Source of the DNA: Eledone cirrhosa
Lineage: Eukaryota
DNA: 64,000 nt
Direction of reading: 5' to 3'
Assembly (NCBI GenBank): GCA_964016885.1
Contig: OZ024744.1
Coordinates: forward strand, 71,238,001 to 71,302,000
This document shows, in pieces, positions 1 to 12,888 of this stretch. The notes under the pieces were generated by a model that did no database searches, was not told where the DNA came from, and saw nothing but the letters and a program-made list of their open reading frames with translations. A program made the position numbers and the translations under genes. The number at the start of each line of letters is the position of its first letter. The stretch's first letter is position 1.

Positions 1-965
1 CAATGGGAGATGATGATGTGATCGATTGTTTTCCAGGTGTAACTGACAGGACTGTACCAGGTCCAGTAATGGAGGAGTTTGTGGGGGAACCAGGTGTTAG
101 CTATACACAGGATGTTGTAATGGCAGAGGAACAGCAGGCGATCACTGTTGTCTTTGGTGGAAGGGTCTGCGAAGGTTGTACCAATGGACTGAGTCTACAA
201 TGGTTCAGTTGGAGGGAGCCTGGCAGAAGAAGAGATGGTAGCATTGGCATCTATCAGGATGATTGTGATGTCATGGGGTAGTCATCCTTGACAGTGTCCT
301 CTGCAATGTCTGTAGGGGCATAGACAACGATGATAGTCATTTTCCTGTGCCTGTGGAGAAAACGGGCAGACAGTAGGCAGCCACTCAGCAGGTTCCATCT
401 GATGAGTGACTTACAGACATGCTTAAGCACGGCCAGTACCACACCGCAGAGGCCCATCCTATCCTCAGGGCCACTCCAGATGAGGCAGTGGTCTCCTGTG
501 ATGAATTCCCTGTTGCCAGGCCTGTGTGTATTGCAGAGTCCCATGAAAGTGATGTTATAGTGTGATAGCTCTCGGGACAGCAGGGTGGTTTCTCCTGGGC
601 AAAGGAGTGACAGGATATTCCATGTGGCAACATGAATTTTATGGCGCAAATCAATTTCTCATTGGTGGGGGGCATGCAGGGGTCTGTTCCAATGTTAGGT
701 GGTCTGGTTTCTTCTGGTTGGTTTCGTAACATTTTGGCATTCTTCTGCGCAGGTTGTTGGTCCTCCACAGAATAGGCAGATGATGGGGCTGCCATCTTGA
801 CAGTGAGCCGACACGCCGTGGGTCACTGTTGGTCTGGAACCTCTCCGTGAGACCACCCTGCCTAAGGTGGCCCTACCAGGAGCAAAGCTTCAGACGGTAA
901 TGCTGTTTTGATTTATAGAACACACAAGCCCCCTCACCATGACAAGGCCAGACCCAGGAGGAGGA
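1..965 (-). mobile_element. 5' part of a BovB/Expander-type RTE LINE: 5' UTR plus APE endonuclease, running off the window
   Basis: ORF 254..649(-) has APE motifs VATWNILSL, LIWSGP, LLSARF and IIVVYAPT. The minus-strand leader (CCTTGTCATGGTGAGGGGGCTTG...GCTCCTGGTAGGGCCACC) resembles RTE 5' UTRs. Confidence 0.8.
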
Positions 966-984
966 AATGAAAGGTAACAATAAA

Positions 985-3900
985 AAATTAAACAAACGGA
1001 ATTTCTCAATAGAGAGGGCTGTGCATAGAACCCCCCCCCCCCCCCCCCCCCCCGCACAAAACTACAGGTGCCCTGTCCCAGTTGCCCTCTTCCAATCTAT
1101 AAGCACATACTCAGAGCGAGCCAATTCACTCAGGCCATGCTCGCCTCTCTCACCCACCTTACAACAAACTGCTTAGAAGCACTTCTCTCTCTACCCTGCT
1201 TTTACTCTGAAAATGTTAATCAGAGCTTCACTGAAGAGGAAAGTGTTTGTCTTCAAACCTTTCAAATGTGTCCACCATACAACCTCTTTCACCATAGCCA
1301 CCAGACAGATATAAACAACCTATCCTTTCTGACTAAAGGAAGGCAGCAAGGCGATCTTCACAATGGACTCAGTTGATAGCCAGATTTGTCCTACATGCAA
1401 CAGCAGGTGTTTGACATAAACCCACAGGTCAGCAATGCTTGAACATTGGACGAGTGCATGCAGAATGGTTTCATCACTCTGCACACATCTCAGACTGACC
1501 CAGCTGATAGCACTTCCATGCCTGTAGAGTTTATCTGAAACTGGCAAAGCTCCGCTGTTGCACTGCCAGGCCAGGGATTTTGAAAATTATCCATGAGCCC
1601 TGGACTGAAAGTCTTCCCAAAAAGAGTGGCTAAATAATTTTCATTGATGCCCAGAGTTTCCCCAAGAACATCGTCACTTTTATCTGCCACTAAATCTCTA
1701 TAGAATGCCTAGGTGAAGTTTCTACCAATCATGCTGCCCGAATGGTAGAAGGCTGTGAGCTCTTGAAGACATTCCAGTTTCCAAGTGTTCTCTCTCGGTC
1801 TTTACTTGACTCAGGACTGCAGCTCCAATAAGGAGATAGATAAGCTGGGAGGAACATGTGTCTGGTGAACGGCCACCATACCTGTTCACCGCTAAGGAAT
1901 AGATGAAGATGTTGTAGCCTCAGCACACATTTACACATCATCAGCCATGCCATTCCCAGTCTTACAAGCAGTTTGTGTTGAGAGCAAATGGATTGCTTGA
2001 CCATCAAAGCACATCCCTTCCACTAAAAGCAAAAGAACAAATGCTCTAATGCTGTCAGATGGGGCTTAGGACAAGGCACAACAGTCAGGCGGTAGTAGAT
2101 GATGGACATGATGAACACATTCGCCACCCCTGTCCAACCTTTCAAGAAGAGCTTCCTGTCAGCTTATTTCTGGGATTAGCCACTCTGTTCATCACTTCAT
2201 CCCAGTTTTTGTCCATCTAGAGGTCCTGACCAAACCAGATCCCAAGTAAATAAAGCAGTCTATCTGTCCAGAGACTGATAATGCTGTTGAACAGCATGAA
2301 CCTGCTGTAGGCCCACCAACTTTACCTGGTTAATGTTCACTCCTGTCAGCACTTCGTACTCCCTCAGAGCAATGCTGATCACCTGAATGTGTTTGGTGCT
2401 TGACATTAGTATGGTGACATCATTGACATGAGCTGACATGGATTTCCCATGTCCTAATTTGCATGGGATGCCCCTCAAAGTCTCCAATTTATGCAGTAGT
2501 AGCCTCAAGAGTCAATGCATACAACAGGGATGAAAGGGGACAAACTTGGCGAACCAAAAACATGATGTTGAACGGTTCTGTGAGGTGACCGTTCACACTA
2601 CCCACAGAGCAGATATCATTGTGCATAGCAGTGATCCATCCTTTGAAAACAGGTCCAAAACTGGCTACTTTGAGGACTGCTGCCAGATACTGATGGTCAA
2701 CCCTATTGAATGCTAAATTGATCAGTGTCTCACCTGTGCCAGGTTCCTTTGCCACCCTATCTATGATGTATCGCATTAGGTGGAGATTGTCGTGTATAGA
2801 TCTCTTCTTCAGAATGGCACATGTATGCACCTCCCCCACCAGACCACTGATGACAAGTGCGAACCTTATTGCTAACATCTTGGCCAACATTTTTAACCCT
2901 GCATACGGTAGAATTATGGGCCTAAAATTATCAATATAATACCCTTTGTTTGGTTCTTTTCTCAGCAGTGCTACTGCTCCTCAGCTCACAAAACTAGGAA
3001 TTTTCCTGTTCTGCTGCTAACACTAAAAAGCAGGACATTTCTAGAAAGGTCTCAAGCCACCTGAAGAAATCAGACCATCCTGTTTCTGTTGGGGTATAGA
3101 TAGCCACCAGTCTGAAAGTATGTCATTTGCTGCTGGCCATGTCCAACACCATCAACTTACCTTCTGGATCCTGGAAGATTGTCTGTATCATGAGATTCAA
3201 AGCTTTCCAAAACAACACAGTTACTCCAGCTTCCAGATTCTGGGTGGCTTGCAGATGCATACACCTTGTAGCCAGTGAAAATGGGTGTGAAGGTTTGTGA
3301 GTTGGAAACTCTGGTCTCGCTGATGGCCACAACATCTATGACCAGTGATTTGAGAAAGTGACCATGCTTCCAAGACAACCCCCAAACCAGAAGTATTTAC
3401 ACTTGACTATCTTGAATGAGGCTACGTTCAATGAAGGGGAAGAAAAAGTGGGAAGAGCCACTTACCTAAGACTTTTTGGAGGAAGGACAGTTGAACTATA
3501 CTTCTGGTTGGTTGTGGGCTCTTGCACCAAAATGTCAGTATAGATTTTTTTTAGTGTGTAATGTTTGTATCCATTTGTTGTATTTGCCGTTGTTGTTGTG
3601 CATGTGGGTTTTGTTTCGTTTTGGATGTTGATGACTGTGGTGTCTGTTGTGTTGATATTGGCAGGGTTGGTGGTGAGGATGTAGGTGTATACTCTTTTAC
3701 TCTTTTACCTGTCTTAACCATCTGGCTGAGGCCATGCCGGGGCACCGCCCTTGATATGTGAATGCATTTGTTACTTTTCAGCTTTGGGGATCTTTTTTTC
3801 TCTTTCCCCTCTTTTTTCTTTTTGGCTGGTGGTGGGGACAGACTGCTTGCCACTTCTCTCCCTCATCAGAATTTATATCCAATTGTGGGACGTTGGGGAG

Positions 3901-5156
3901 TGGCATATCTTCAATGGCTGTTGGTGTTGTTGTTGCTGGTAGTGGTTCTATTGGTGCCATTGTTGGTGGTGTTGAGCTTGCTGCTCTTGATTTCAGTGTT
4001 GCTGTTGTAGCTTTTGCAACTGGTGTTGGCACTGCTGTTGTTTTTGTTGTTGCTGTCTGGGTTTTGATGGTTGTTGTTAGTAAATTTGTTAGTGTTGGTA
4101 GTAGAAAGGTTTTTCTTTCTTTCCCTTTCAGTGTTGGGCAGAAAGCTTTTAGATGATTTATTGAAAGACAATTGTGGCACTTGGCCTTCCTTCCTTCTAA
4201 CCTAATTGGTAGAATAATGCTACTTAGGAGATATATTTGTTCAGAAAAGGTGTTTACATTCCTTTGAGTTGTTTGGGTGAGGGTTTCACGCCTCCCCCAT
4301 CTCTACCAATTCTCTTTCTTAGTCTGGTAGACTTCAAGGATTTTTTAGTTTTTCTTGATACCTACTGTGACTGCTGTAATTAGTCAAGGAATGGCTATTT
4401 CAGGTGACACCTGTTTCACACAGATCCTTACCAATCTCTGTCTGCAGTAGTAAAGCACCTTCAGGATCTCATCACTCTGTAAGGGTTTCAGGAAGTGAGA
4501 TTTTGCTTCTTCTTCCATAGTAACTCTCACCTCCCCTGCCCCTTTGTATGAAAGTTTTAGGTTCTGAACAGAACTTAAAACTTTCTGAACTTGAGCCTCT
4601 GTTGCTCTCTCCACTTTCCTAATTTTTCATGTAACAATTGTTTCTGATTTATGCACATGACCAACAATTTTTGAGGAGAGGAAAGTCGATTAAATTGACC
4701 CTAGTGCATTACTGGTGCTTTATTTTATCGTCCCTGTAACGATGAAAGGCAAGGTTAACCGTGGCAGGATTTGAACTCTGAACGTAAAGGGCCATAACTT
4801 TATACTGCAAAGAATAGTGTTTGACTCTCTGCCAATTTGTCGATGCATTACAGTTTGATGTAGCGTATTTTAGATGGTTTCACTAGGGGTGTTGAGGTTG
4901 ACAATGTGGCCATCTCTTCCTACTGGCCTTCTTTCTTGTTGCACTTCTTCAGTGTAAGTGACTTTTGTAAAAGAAGTTTTCATAGAACTACCAAAAGATA
5001 ACTTACCTCTAGTACAGGGATTATTTTTTGGTTTGCTGGTTGGCTTGTTGTTCTTGTTTTCATTATTATTGTCTTTTTCAAGTTTATCGCTGTTGTTATT
5101 TTTGCTGCTGTTGTTTTTGTTGTTGCTGTTTTCATTGTTGTTGTTTTTATTATCGC

Positions 5157-5202
<46 letters not shown>

Positions 5203-5420
5203 CTTGTTGGATGTGTCTGCATTATTTGTATTTTGTGTGTTTAAAACTATTATTTTAAATAATATTGTTTTGTTGTTTTTTGTGTTCATCTCCATTATAG
5301 AGACGCAGTCTTCCTTCATCGCTGCTGTAGTTGTTGACAGCGACTCTCTTTCTCTATGAGGAGTTTCGTTATGTTGTCCCTTCTCTGCAGTAGTTTCCAT
5401 GTTATAAATTTCTTATGAAA
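985..5420 (-). mobile_element. Degenerate Tx1/L1-clade LINE (Asn-rich ORF1, APE, RT, C-terminal zinc finger) with internal deletions
   Basis: Minus-strand ORF pieces occur in the expected order: Asn-rich ORF1 4870..5400 and 4384..4614; APE IDVVAISETR 3157..3378; RT SIHDNLHLMR, AFNRVDHQYL and RQVCPLSSLLYALTLE 2489..2890; degenerate YADD (SAHVNDVTI) 2260..2508; zinc finger RCVQSDETILHALVQC 1320..1547. Confidence 0.8.
4675..4840 (-). mobile_element. tRNA-derived octopod-type SINE inserted in Tx1 ORF1
   Basis: The minus strand reads ...GTTCAGAGTTCAAATCCTGCC (B box)...CTTGCCTTTCATC...GATAAAATAAAGCACCAGTAATGCACTAGGGTC. Related fragments lie at ~5790-5895, ~31740-31870 and ~51401-51540. Confidence 0.7.
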
Positions 5421-5668
5421 TAATTTTTTTTTTTTTTTGCAAAATCAACAAAAGATCTTTTTTTCTCTTCATCCACTTATTCCTGAAAGGGTCATGAAGG
5501 TAGAGTTTTCAAGCATGCCTTCCAGTGGGGTCCAGTCAGATGCAACTTTCTCTGATGGATGTTATCCAACCATCTTTCTCACGGTCTACCCCTTGGTCAC
5601 CTGCTGGTTTGTTTTGCCCACAAAATCTATCCAGGGATTCTTTCCTCAAATGTTCTAACCATATGTCC

Positions 5669-6278
5669 TTAAGCCTTTAGCATATTTAAACCGACAATAT
5701 CCGGCTAGAATTCTCTCACCTCTTTCTGTTCAAACCAGTCATAACTGGTAGCTCATATTGATGTTAAAGTATTGTTCTCAAAATAAATAATTGTTTCTAC
5801 TTTTGGCACAAGGCCAGCAGTTACTCCAATACATTACTGGTACTTTATATTATAGACCCCGTAAGGATGAAAGGCAGAGTGAACCTCGGCGAAATAATAT
5901 CAAAATCTCAGATTCGATATTATGTGAAATAAAGAGAAAATATGATAGTAAATATCTAGTCTAAAGTCTGTCTTAAGCCAGGAGGCTCATTTGACTGGTG
6001 CTTATCCCGGTTTCATGGCAGGAAGCGACTGAGAGTACAAAACTCCCTCCTGGACAGGTCGCCAGTTCATCGCAGGGTTAAACCCCCAGCTATTGCTGGT
6101 ACTCATTTTCAGCTGAGTATACTGGAGCAACGTGAAATGAAGTGTTTTGCTCAAGAACACAACACGCAACCCAGGAATTGCACCCACGACATTATGATCG
6201 TAAATCCAACACCCTTACCACTACGCCACGTGCCTCCACAATAGTAAATATAGAGTAATGTCAATGCTAAAAGGTTAA
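5669..6278. mobile_element. piggyBac-type MITE (TTAA ends) with two nested SINE pieces
   Basis: Termini are TTAAGCCTTTAGCAT...ATGCTAAAAGGTTAA. Internal sequence matches the copies at 46014-46233 and 61385-61598. Confidence 0.65.
5990..6240 (-). mobile_element. tRNA-derived SINE, second family
   Basis: The minus strand has an A box (TGGCGTAGTGG), a B-box-like GTGCAATTCC and the core TTCTTGAGCAAAACACTTCATTTCAC. Confidence 0.75.
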
Positions 6279-6532
6279 ATAGAGAAGTTATTCTCTGTCT
6301 GACTTGTGTGTCCCAGATAGCCAGGATCTCTGGAAAGGCACCTAAACAATGGCAATCAGGAGTTATTAAACCTAATATTCAATTGTAAAATCCACAAGCA
6401 TAATATAATCATTCAAATTTGACACATGAATGTATTGACATTGCTAAGCTAAATGTTGGATACTTGGCAAATCTACTAGAGTGTTAAATATCTCTTGTAG
6501 CTGATTAACTGGGACACTAAAATGTATATACT

Positions 6533-6579
<47 letters not shown>

Positions 6580-6582
<3 letters not shown>

Positions 6583-7470
6583 GGTGCGAACAAAATTTGT
6601 TCGCAAGATTACTGTCTAGGAAAAAGTAACAGTAGTTTTATTTTTTAAGATATATTTATCAAACTTGGGTCAGTTTGTCTTCATGATTTGTTCTTTCAAC
6701 ATCACTCGATAAACCCACCATTGGCTTTGATGACGGCCTCAAGACGGCCTCGGAACCGGCTACAGGCCTTCGTCATTGTCCCCCGACTTAGGCCCCTAAA
6801 GGCACTTGTGATCCTGGCTTTCAGATCATCTTTCGTATTGCAGATAGATCTGTTGGTGTCTTGTTCCACTGCACCCTACACAAAGAAGTTGAGGGGGTTG
6901 CAGTCAGGCGATCTGGGAGGCCAGATGTCAGGTGAAGTATGGTCGACAAAGTTCTCTGACAGCCAGGCTTGGGTCTTTCGGCTGGTATGGCAGGGCGCTG
7001 AGTCTTGCTGCCACACGTACGGCCTACCTGCAGCTACCTGGCTGATCCAGGGCTTTACCACCTTGCTCAGAACGCGGATGTAGCCATCGGTGTTCAGCTT
7101 GAGGCCCTCAGGGAAGAAGTGAGGTGGCATGACATCACCTTGACTGCTGACGACACCTAAGACCAATGTTGTTACTGGAAACTTTGTCTGCATGACTCTG
7201 GGCACGTCTTTGGATGAGACAGCGAGCCACATGTTGTTCTGGGAGTTGATCTTCTGGTCCTTATTTGTCCTCCTGGCACGGATTCCAAGAAGAACTCTGT
7301 GTCTCTTCCACAAATTTGGAGGTTCAAAATTATTCATAATCAATTATTCTGAAAACAAATAATGGAAATATAGTCACTGTTTTTATGAAGACAAGAGTGA
7401 CAATGGAAGTAAAAAAAATTTGCATAAAATTAGCAGTTGAAAATTGCGAACAAATATCGTCCATACCCTG
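6580..7470 (-). mobile_element. Tc1/mariner (maT/DD37D-like) internal-deletion derivative
   Basis: TIRs CAGGGTGCGAACAAAATTTGTTCGCAA and TTGCGAACAAATATCGTCCATACCCTG lie within TA tracts. The transposase C-terminus reads WQQDSAPCHTSRKTQAWL...WPPRSPDCNPL; the N-terminal part is mostly deleted. Confidence 0.9.
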
Positions 7471-7852
7471 TATATATATATATTGCTGTATTGACTAAGA
7501 CTATTGTAGATTGTTGTAGATTTGATATTATGTGAGGTAATTATATGAAATAAAGAGTTTACAGTGAAAATACAATAATGCATATAGAGTAGTGTAAATG
7601 CTAAAGGGTTAAAAAGATTAGTGAACGATATACTTTCTTCTGAAAGGGCTATCCAGAGAGTAAACATCACCACTAATAGCATGGAGATTATTATGAGGAA
7701 CAGTTTTCTGCCTAAACTAACTGGGACTTCAGTTGCCTTTGCTACAGACCCCACATTTTAGGGGCCCTAAGTAAAGTGTTTTATACTATAGTATTATACT
7801 GTCCTTGATCTTTATGTCACATTTTGTTTTGTTTTTATTTTTACAGTATATG

Positions 7853-8102
7853 TGAAGGTACATAGACCAGTGGTTAGGGTGTTGGACAACAGTCAATGTT
7901 TCGGTTCAATTCTTGGACTGAGCTGTGTGTTGTATTCTTGAGCAAAACACTTAATTTCACATTGATCCAGCCCACTCAGCTGAGAATAAATAGCAATAAT
8001 AATTGGGAGTTAACCCTTTGAGAGACTAGCATCCTGCCCAAGCAGGAGCCTTCAGTGAAACTGGGATAAGCACCAGTCTGATGAGCCTCTGGACTTGGGA
8101 CC
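7853..8102 (+). mobile_element. tRNA-derived SINE, same family as 5990-6240
   Basis: Reads GTGGTTAGGGTGTTGGAC...GGTTCAATTC...TTCTTGAGCAAAACACTTAATTTCAC. Confidence 0.7.
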
Positions 8103-8257
8103 TTTTTGTTTTATAGTATATGCTACAAGCCCTGCACTAACTTAATCTGGCACTATGTACAGTCATCAAAGGAACCACAAATGAGTATATATGTTGTATG
8201 TATGTAAGTATGTAAGTATGTAAGTATATATGTGTGTATGTATGTGTGTATGCCTGT

Positions 8258-11165
8258 ATCATCATCATCATCATCATCATTATCATTGATTAACGTCTAG
8301 CATGGGTTAGATGGGTTTGTCTCATTTAAAGGCAAGTTGGGTTGAGTGACCATGTCTCGCTCATATAGGAGACTTTCTGGCTAGTTTTCTATAGCCCGAT
8401 GCCTTTCCTAACGCCAACCACATTGACAGTGTGTGCTGGGTGCTTTTTGTCATGACACCTACACGATCATTTTACAGTGTGGACTGGGCACCTTTGTCAT
8501 GTCACCGACATAACATAGTGGGATCTGGGCACTTTTGTCTTGAGACTAGGGAGGGTGGAGGGGCTTGGGTGAAAATAATGTAGACAGGGTAGTAGGGGAG
8601 GTATGGTTACCGCTAAGGGAGGTGAATGAGAGGGGAGAAGGTTGAGGAAGGTGTGGCCTACTAGGTTTAAGCCTCAGCCTGAGAATAATAGAGGGCGGGT
8701 CTTCTGTAAAACTGCATAGCACCAGAGATTGTGGTCCTTTGTCATTGCCTTGGTGAGGTGTAATTGTGCAAGGTCAGCTTTTATTACCTCATCCCAAGTC
8801 TTCCTAGGTCTGCCCACACCTCGGCTACCATCGACATTGAGCGCTCTGCACCTTATTATACAGCTGTCATCCTTCATAAGCATCACATGTCCATACCAAC
8901 ACAATCTCCTCTCCTGCACGCAACAACTGATCCCTCTTAAGCCTAATTTCACATGCAGAATATTTATACTTTGCTGTTCATGTATATTGCTATTGCACAT
9001 CAAGCGAAGAATGGCGGCTTCATTTCTTTCCAATCATGACAGGTCCTCAGCACACTGTGCCCAGGTCATGCAACATTACTGTTCGTATACATGCATCATA
9101 CAGTCTGCTTTTCATTTTGAGAGAAAAACCTTTTGTAGTTAGTAACGGTAGTAGCTCCCTGAATTTTCTCCAACCCGATCTCACTCTGGTTACTGGGCTT
9201 TCGGAACACCCTCCCCCACTTCTGATTTGGTCAACCAGGTAATGGAAACTATACACCACTTCAACCGAGCCGTCTGAGCATTTGAAGGTGGTTGTATCCT
9301 GAGGGTTCTTGTTACTTACTGCCCTTATGTACCTGCCACAAGTAAAATCTATAATCTTTGTTAGCCTGCCTGAGATCCCACTACATATCTCGTGTAACCA
9401 TTGCGATGCATTTGGTACATAGAATGGTATTTCTACCTACACCTTTTCTGCACATTGAGCAGGGCCATTTCCCAGAGGCGATCTGTGTCCTGTTATCCCT
9501 ACTACTTACTAGGACTTGAGTTTTTGCCAAGTTGATTTCGAGACCTAACAATTCTAGGCCTTGCTTCCAGGTTTGGAATTTCATCTCTAGTTCAGCTATA
9601 GATCCAGCAATAAGGGTTAGGTCATCAGCATACAGAAGTTCCCAAGGGCAGCCAGTTTTAAACTCCACCGTTATTGTCTGCAGAACAATGATAAACAGGA
9701 GAGGGCTAACAACAGAGCCCTGATGGACACCAACCTGCATGTTACATTCTTCGCTATAGTCATTGTTAATTCGGACTTCACTGGCTGTTCTTCTATACAT
9801 TGCTTAAACTGTCCTCACAAGCCATTCTTCAACTCCTAGTTTTCTAAGAGCCCACCAGATAATGGAACAGGGCACTCTGTCAAAAACTTTCTCCAAGTCG
9901 ACAGAAGCCAGGTAGAGTGGCTTACTCTCAGCTAGGTACTTCTGCATTTGTCTTACAAGGAAGAGGGCATCTGTGGTACTCTTACTTGGGACAAATCCAA
10001 ACTGCATCTCATTTATGTTAACATGTTCTCTAATCAGCTGAGCTATGACTCTTTCAGAGACCTTCATAACCTGGTCAACTAACTTAATGCCTCTATAGTT
10101 TTCTCTATCTAGGGCATCTCCTTTGCCCTTGTAACAGTTTACAATGATGCTGCTACACCAGTCATTGGGTATGACACCATTTTGTATGACTTGGTTTACA
10201 ATACGGGAGACTATGGTGTGGCCCACCATACCTGAGGTTTTCAGCATCTCAGCAACTATCCCTAAGGGGCCAGCTGCCCTGCTTGACTTCACATCCTTGA
10301 TTGCCTTACTTACTATACTACTGCTAATTTATACAGCCAGTTCCTCTGTTGGGTCGACATGTGACAGACTGTCTTTATCCCATGCATTCTCCTCATTCAG
10401 TAATCTTCCATAGTGGCACTGCCATGCTACCTTCTTTTCAGCGTCAGTGAGGACAAGTTCGCCAAAGTAATTTCTGGCACACTTCTCTCCTCCGACATCC
10501 CAATTATCCCTGTCACACTCTCTAGTAATCCTGAACACCTCACATCTTTGATCCTCACACTACAAAACATGCTTAAAATTTTCGTTTCCTGCTTTCCTTC
10601 TAGCGAGGTAAACTTGCCGCTTACCTGCTTTCCTAGCCTTCTGGTAAACTTCCCTGCTACCCCTATTACGCAAATCTATCCAAGCTTGTCTTTTGGACTT
10701 AATTTTTTTCATCTAATTTACTATTCCACCACCAAGTCACTCTCCATCTTCCTAGGGACCTATTCCAGCCACAGGTTTCATCTATCGCCTTCAGTAGGTT
10801 ATCTTTCAGGAACTCCCACTGTTCCTCTTTATTGTAAGTCTCTATTTGCTCTTCCTTGCTATTAAAGGTGTCAGTCAACATACTTCTAAATTTGTCACTG
10901 ATTGATGGGTCTTATAACTTCCATACTCATCTCCTCTAAGTAGGCTTCTGTTGTCGAATTCTTCTAGACCTGACTTTAAGGTCGCTAACTACTAGTTTCT
11001 GTTGGGAGGTGCATTCTTCACTGGGGAGGGACTTTGTGTTCCTAACAATCACTTTATCTCATCTTCTAGTAACAATGAAATCAATTTGCCTGGCGTGGTC
11101 ACCTGATCTATAAGTGATTAGGTGGCTGTCTTGTTTTTGAAGTTCGATAGACAGATCATTGGCAT
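8258..11165 (-). mobile_element. RTE LINE, 5'-truncated and frameshifted
   Basis: RT motifs ENYRGIKL, QFGFVP, VDLEKVFDRVP, VGVHQGSVVSPLLF and WELLYADDL; 3' GRPRKTW; (GAT)n tail at ~8258-8285. Confidence 0.92.
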
Positions 11166-11419
11166 CACCTGTATATATGTAAATATATATATATATTGTT
11201 TAACCTGTTTAGCTAGCTTCGTTTTTTGGCTCCGGTGGCTGATAGCTTCATGACCGCCATTTTCAGTTTGTATGGCCTCTATAACGTATGTTAATTGCTT
11301 TGGTCTTCTTTTAGTCCATTGAGCGCTTGCCGCATATCTCGAAAATTGTGTTTCGCTTTGTTTTTTACCACAGCCGAAATACGATCTCGTTGAAATTATA
11401 TTTGTATATATATAAATAT

Positions 11420-11903
11420 ATTGCATCTCTCAAAGACAATGACACAGGAGTGAGATCTCTGGCACTAAGCAGTAATACAGAAGACCCAACTTCCCATGAA
11501 CACAGGCTGAAGCTGAGGAATATATTATGCACTGCCCCACACCATCCACTCGCATACACCTCCCAAGCTGAAGTATTCATGCAGTGCAGCCTGCAACCCA
11601 CACTGTAAAGTGGTCGTGATGGTGACAGGACAAAAAGCACCCAGTCCACACTGTAAAGTGATCCTGATGGCAACACTGCAAAAAGCAGCCAGCCTATACT
11701 GTAAAATGGTTTTGTAGGTGTCACAGCAAAAATACTCAGTCCACACTGTAAATGAGGTTGACATTAGGAAGGTTATCCAGCTGTAGAAACCAAGCCAAAA
11801 TAAGTTCTGTATGAGCAAGAAATAGTCACCTAACTGGCATCGCTCACAACAGAATAACTCGTCTAACCCATGCCAGTGTGGAAAATGGATGATGATCATG
11901 ATG
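11420..11903 (+). mobile_element. RTE 3' end fragment (48-bp repeats and GAT tail)
   Basis: CCAGTCCACACTGTAAAGTG units, then TTAGGAAGG...CCAGCTGTAGAAACC and a GATGATGAT tail. Confidence 0.8.
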
Positions 11904-12052
11904 ATAAATATATATATATAAATGTGTGATGCCTCCCTCTTCAACAAGTCTCTGCATATCATGCACAATGTTATTCTTTCATTCTCACTCAGTTTTATTT
12001 TCATTCTCCTACTGACACTCTGCCTCTCTGACTTTCTCCTTCTACTTTCCAA

Positions 12053-12062
12053 TCTCTCTCTC

Positions 12063-12135
<73 letters not shown>
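12053..12135. repeat. (CT)n microsatellite
   Basis: Directly visible in the sequence. Confidence 0.95.
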
Positions 12136-12138
<3 letters not shown>

Positions 12139-12279
12139 TCGTTTGACAGCCTCTTATTTCTACAGTATCATGTCTGTGTGACAGCAAATAATAACACATT
12201 GCAAATTATTATATGTAGATAGAGGAAGATGGCTTCCTGCAACTACACAATAGAGAAATCTCAGTTTTTTTTAGCAATT

Positions 12280-12510
12280 GTTGTAGTTGTCATTGTTGCC
12301 GTTGCTGTTGCTGTTGCTGCTATTGTTGCTGTTGTTTTTGTTGTTTTTGCTGTTGTTGCTGTTGCTGTTGTTGTTTTGTTCTTGTGTTGTTTTTGTTATT
12401 GCTGCTGCTGCTGCTATTGTTGTTTCTATTGCTTGTTGTTGTTGTTGTTGTGGTTGTTGTTGTTGTTGTTGTTGTTATTTCTGCTGCTGTTGTGGTTGTT
12501 TTGTTTTTTT
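12280..12510. repeat. Imperfect (GTT/GCT)n low-complexity tract
   Basis: Directly visible. It resembles the Asn-rich Tx1 ORF1 tract at 5080-5200. Confidence 0.8.
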
Positions 12511-12832
12511 GTAACTGATGATGATAATGTTATTTATCTATTTTTTGAGGGTTTGTGGTCGTTTTGAGTGTTTGCAGTCGTTTGTTTTTTTTTGTATGTT
12601 TGTGTTATTTTTTTGTGTGTTTGTGATTTTTTTATTTATTGTTTGTGGTCGTTTCATGTGTTTGTGGTGTTTATAGTATTTATTATTGTTGTTACTTCTA
12701 ATGTTGCTATTCCAACAACAATAGGAATAATCTTCAAACATCAGTAAGAAATGCTGCAATGTTCTCTCAGTTGTTAAGTTAATTCCAAAATGCTTTTCTA
12801 ATCTTTTGCTTTCTTTGATTCCATCTTTACTA

Positions 12833-12884
<52 letters not shown>

Positions 12885-12888
<4 letters not shown>

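Noticed and set aside
5990-6240. tRNA gene
   Set aside because: It is only the tRNA-like head of a SINE and has no complete cloverleaf.
8057-8085. GAAA...CTGATGA in a SINE tail, read as a hammerhead
   Set aside because: There is no stem I between the putative cleavage site and CUGAUGA. It is part of the SINE 3' domain.
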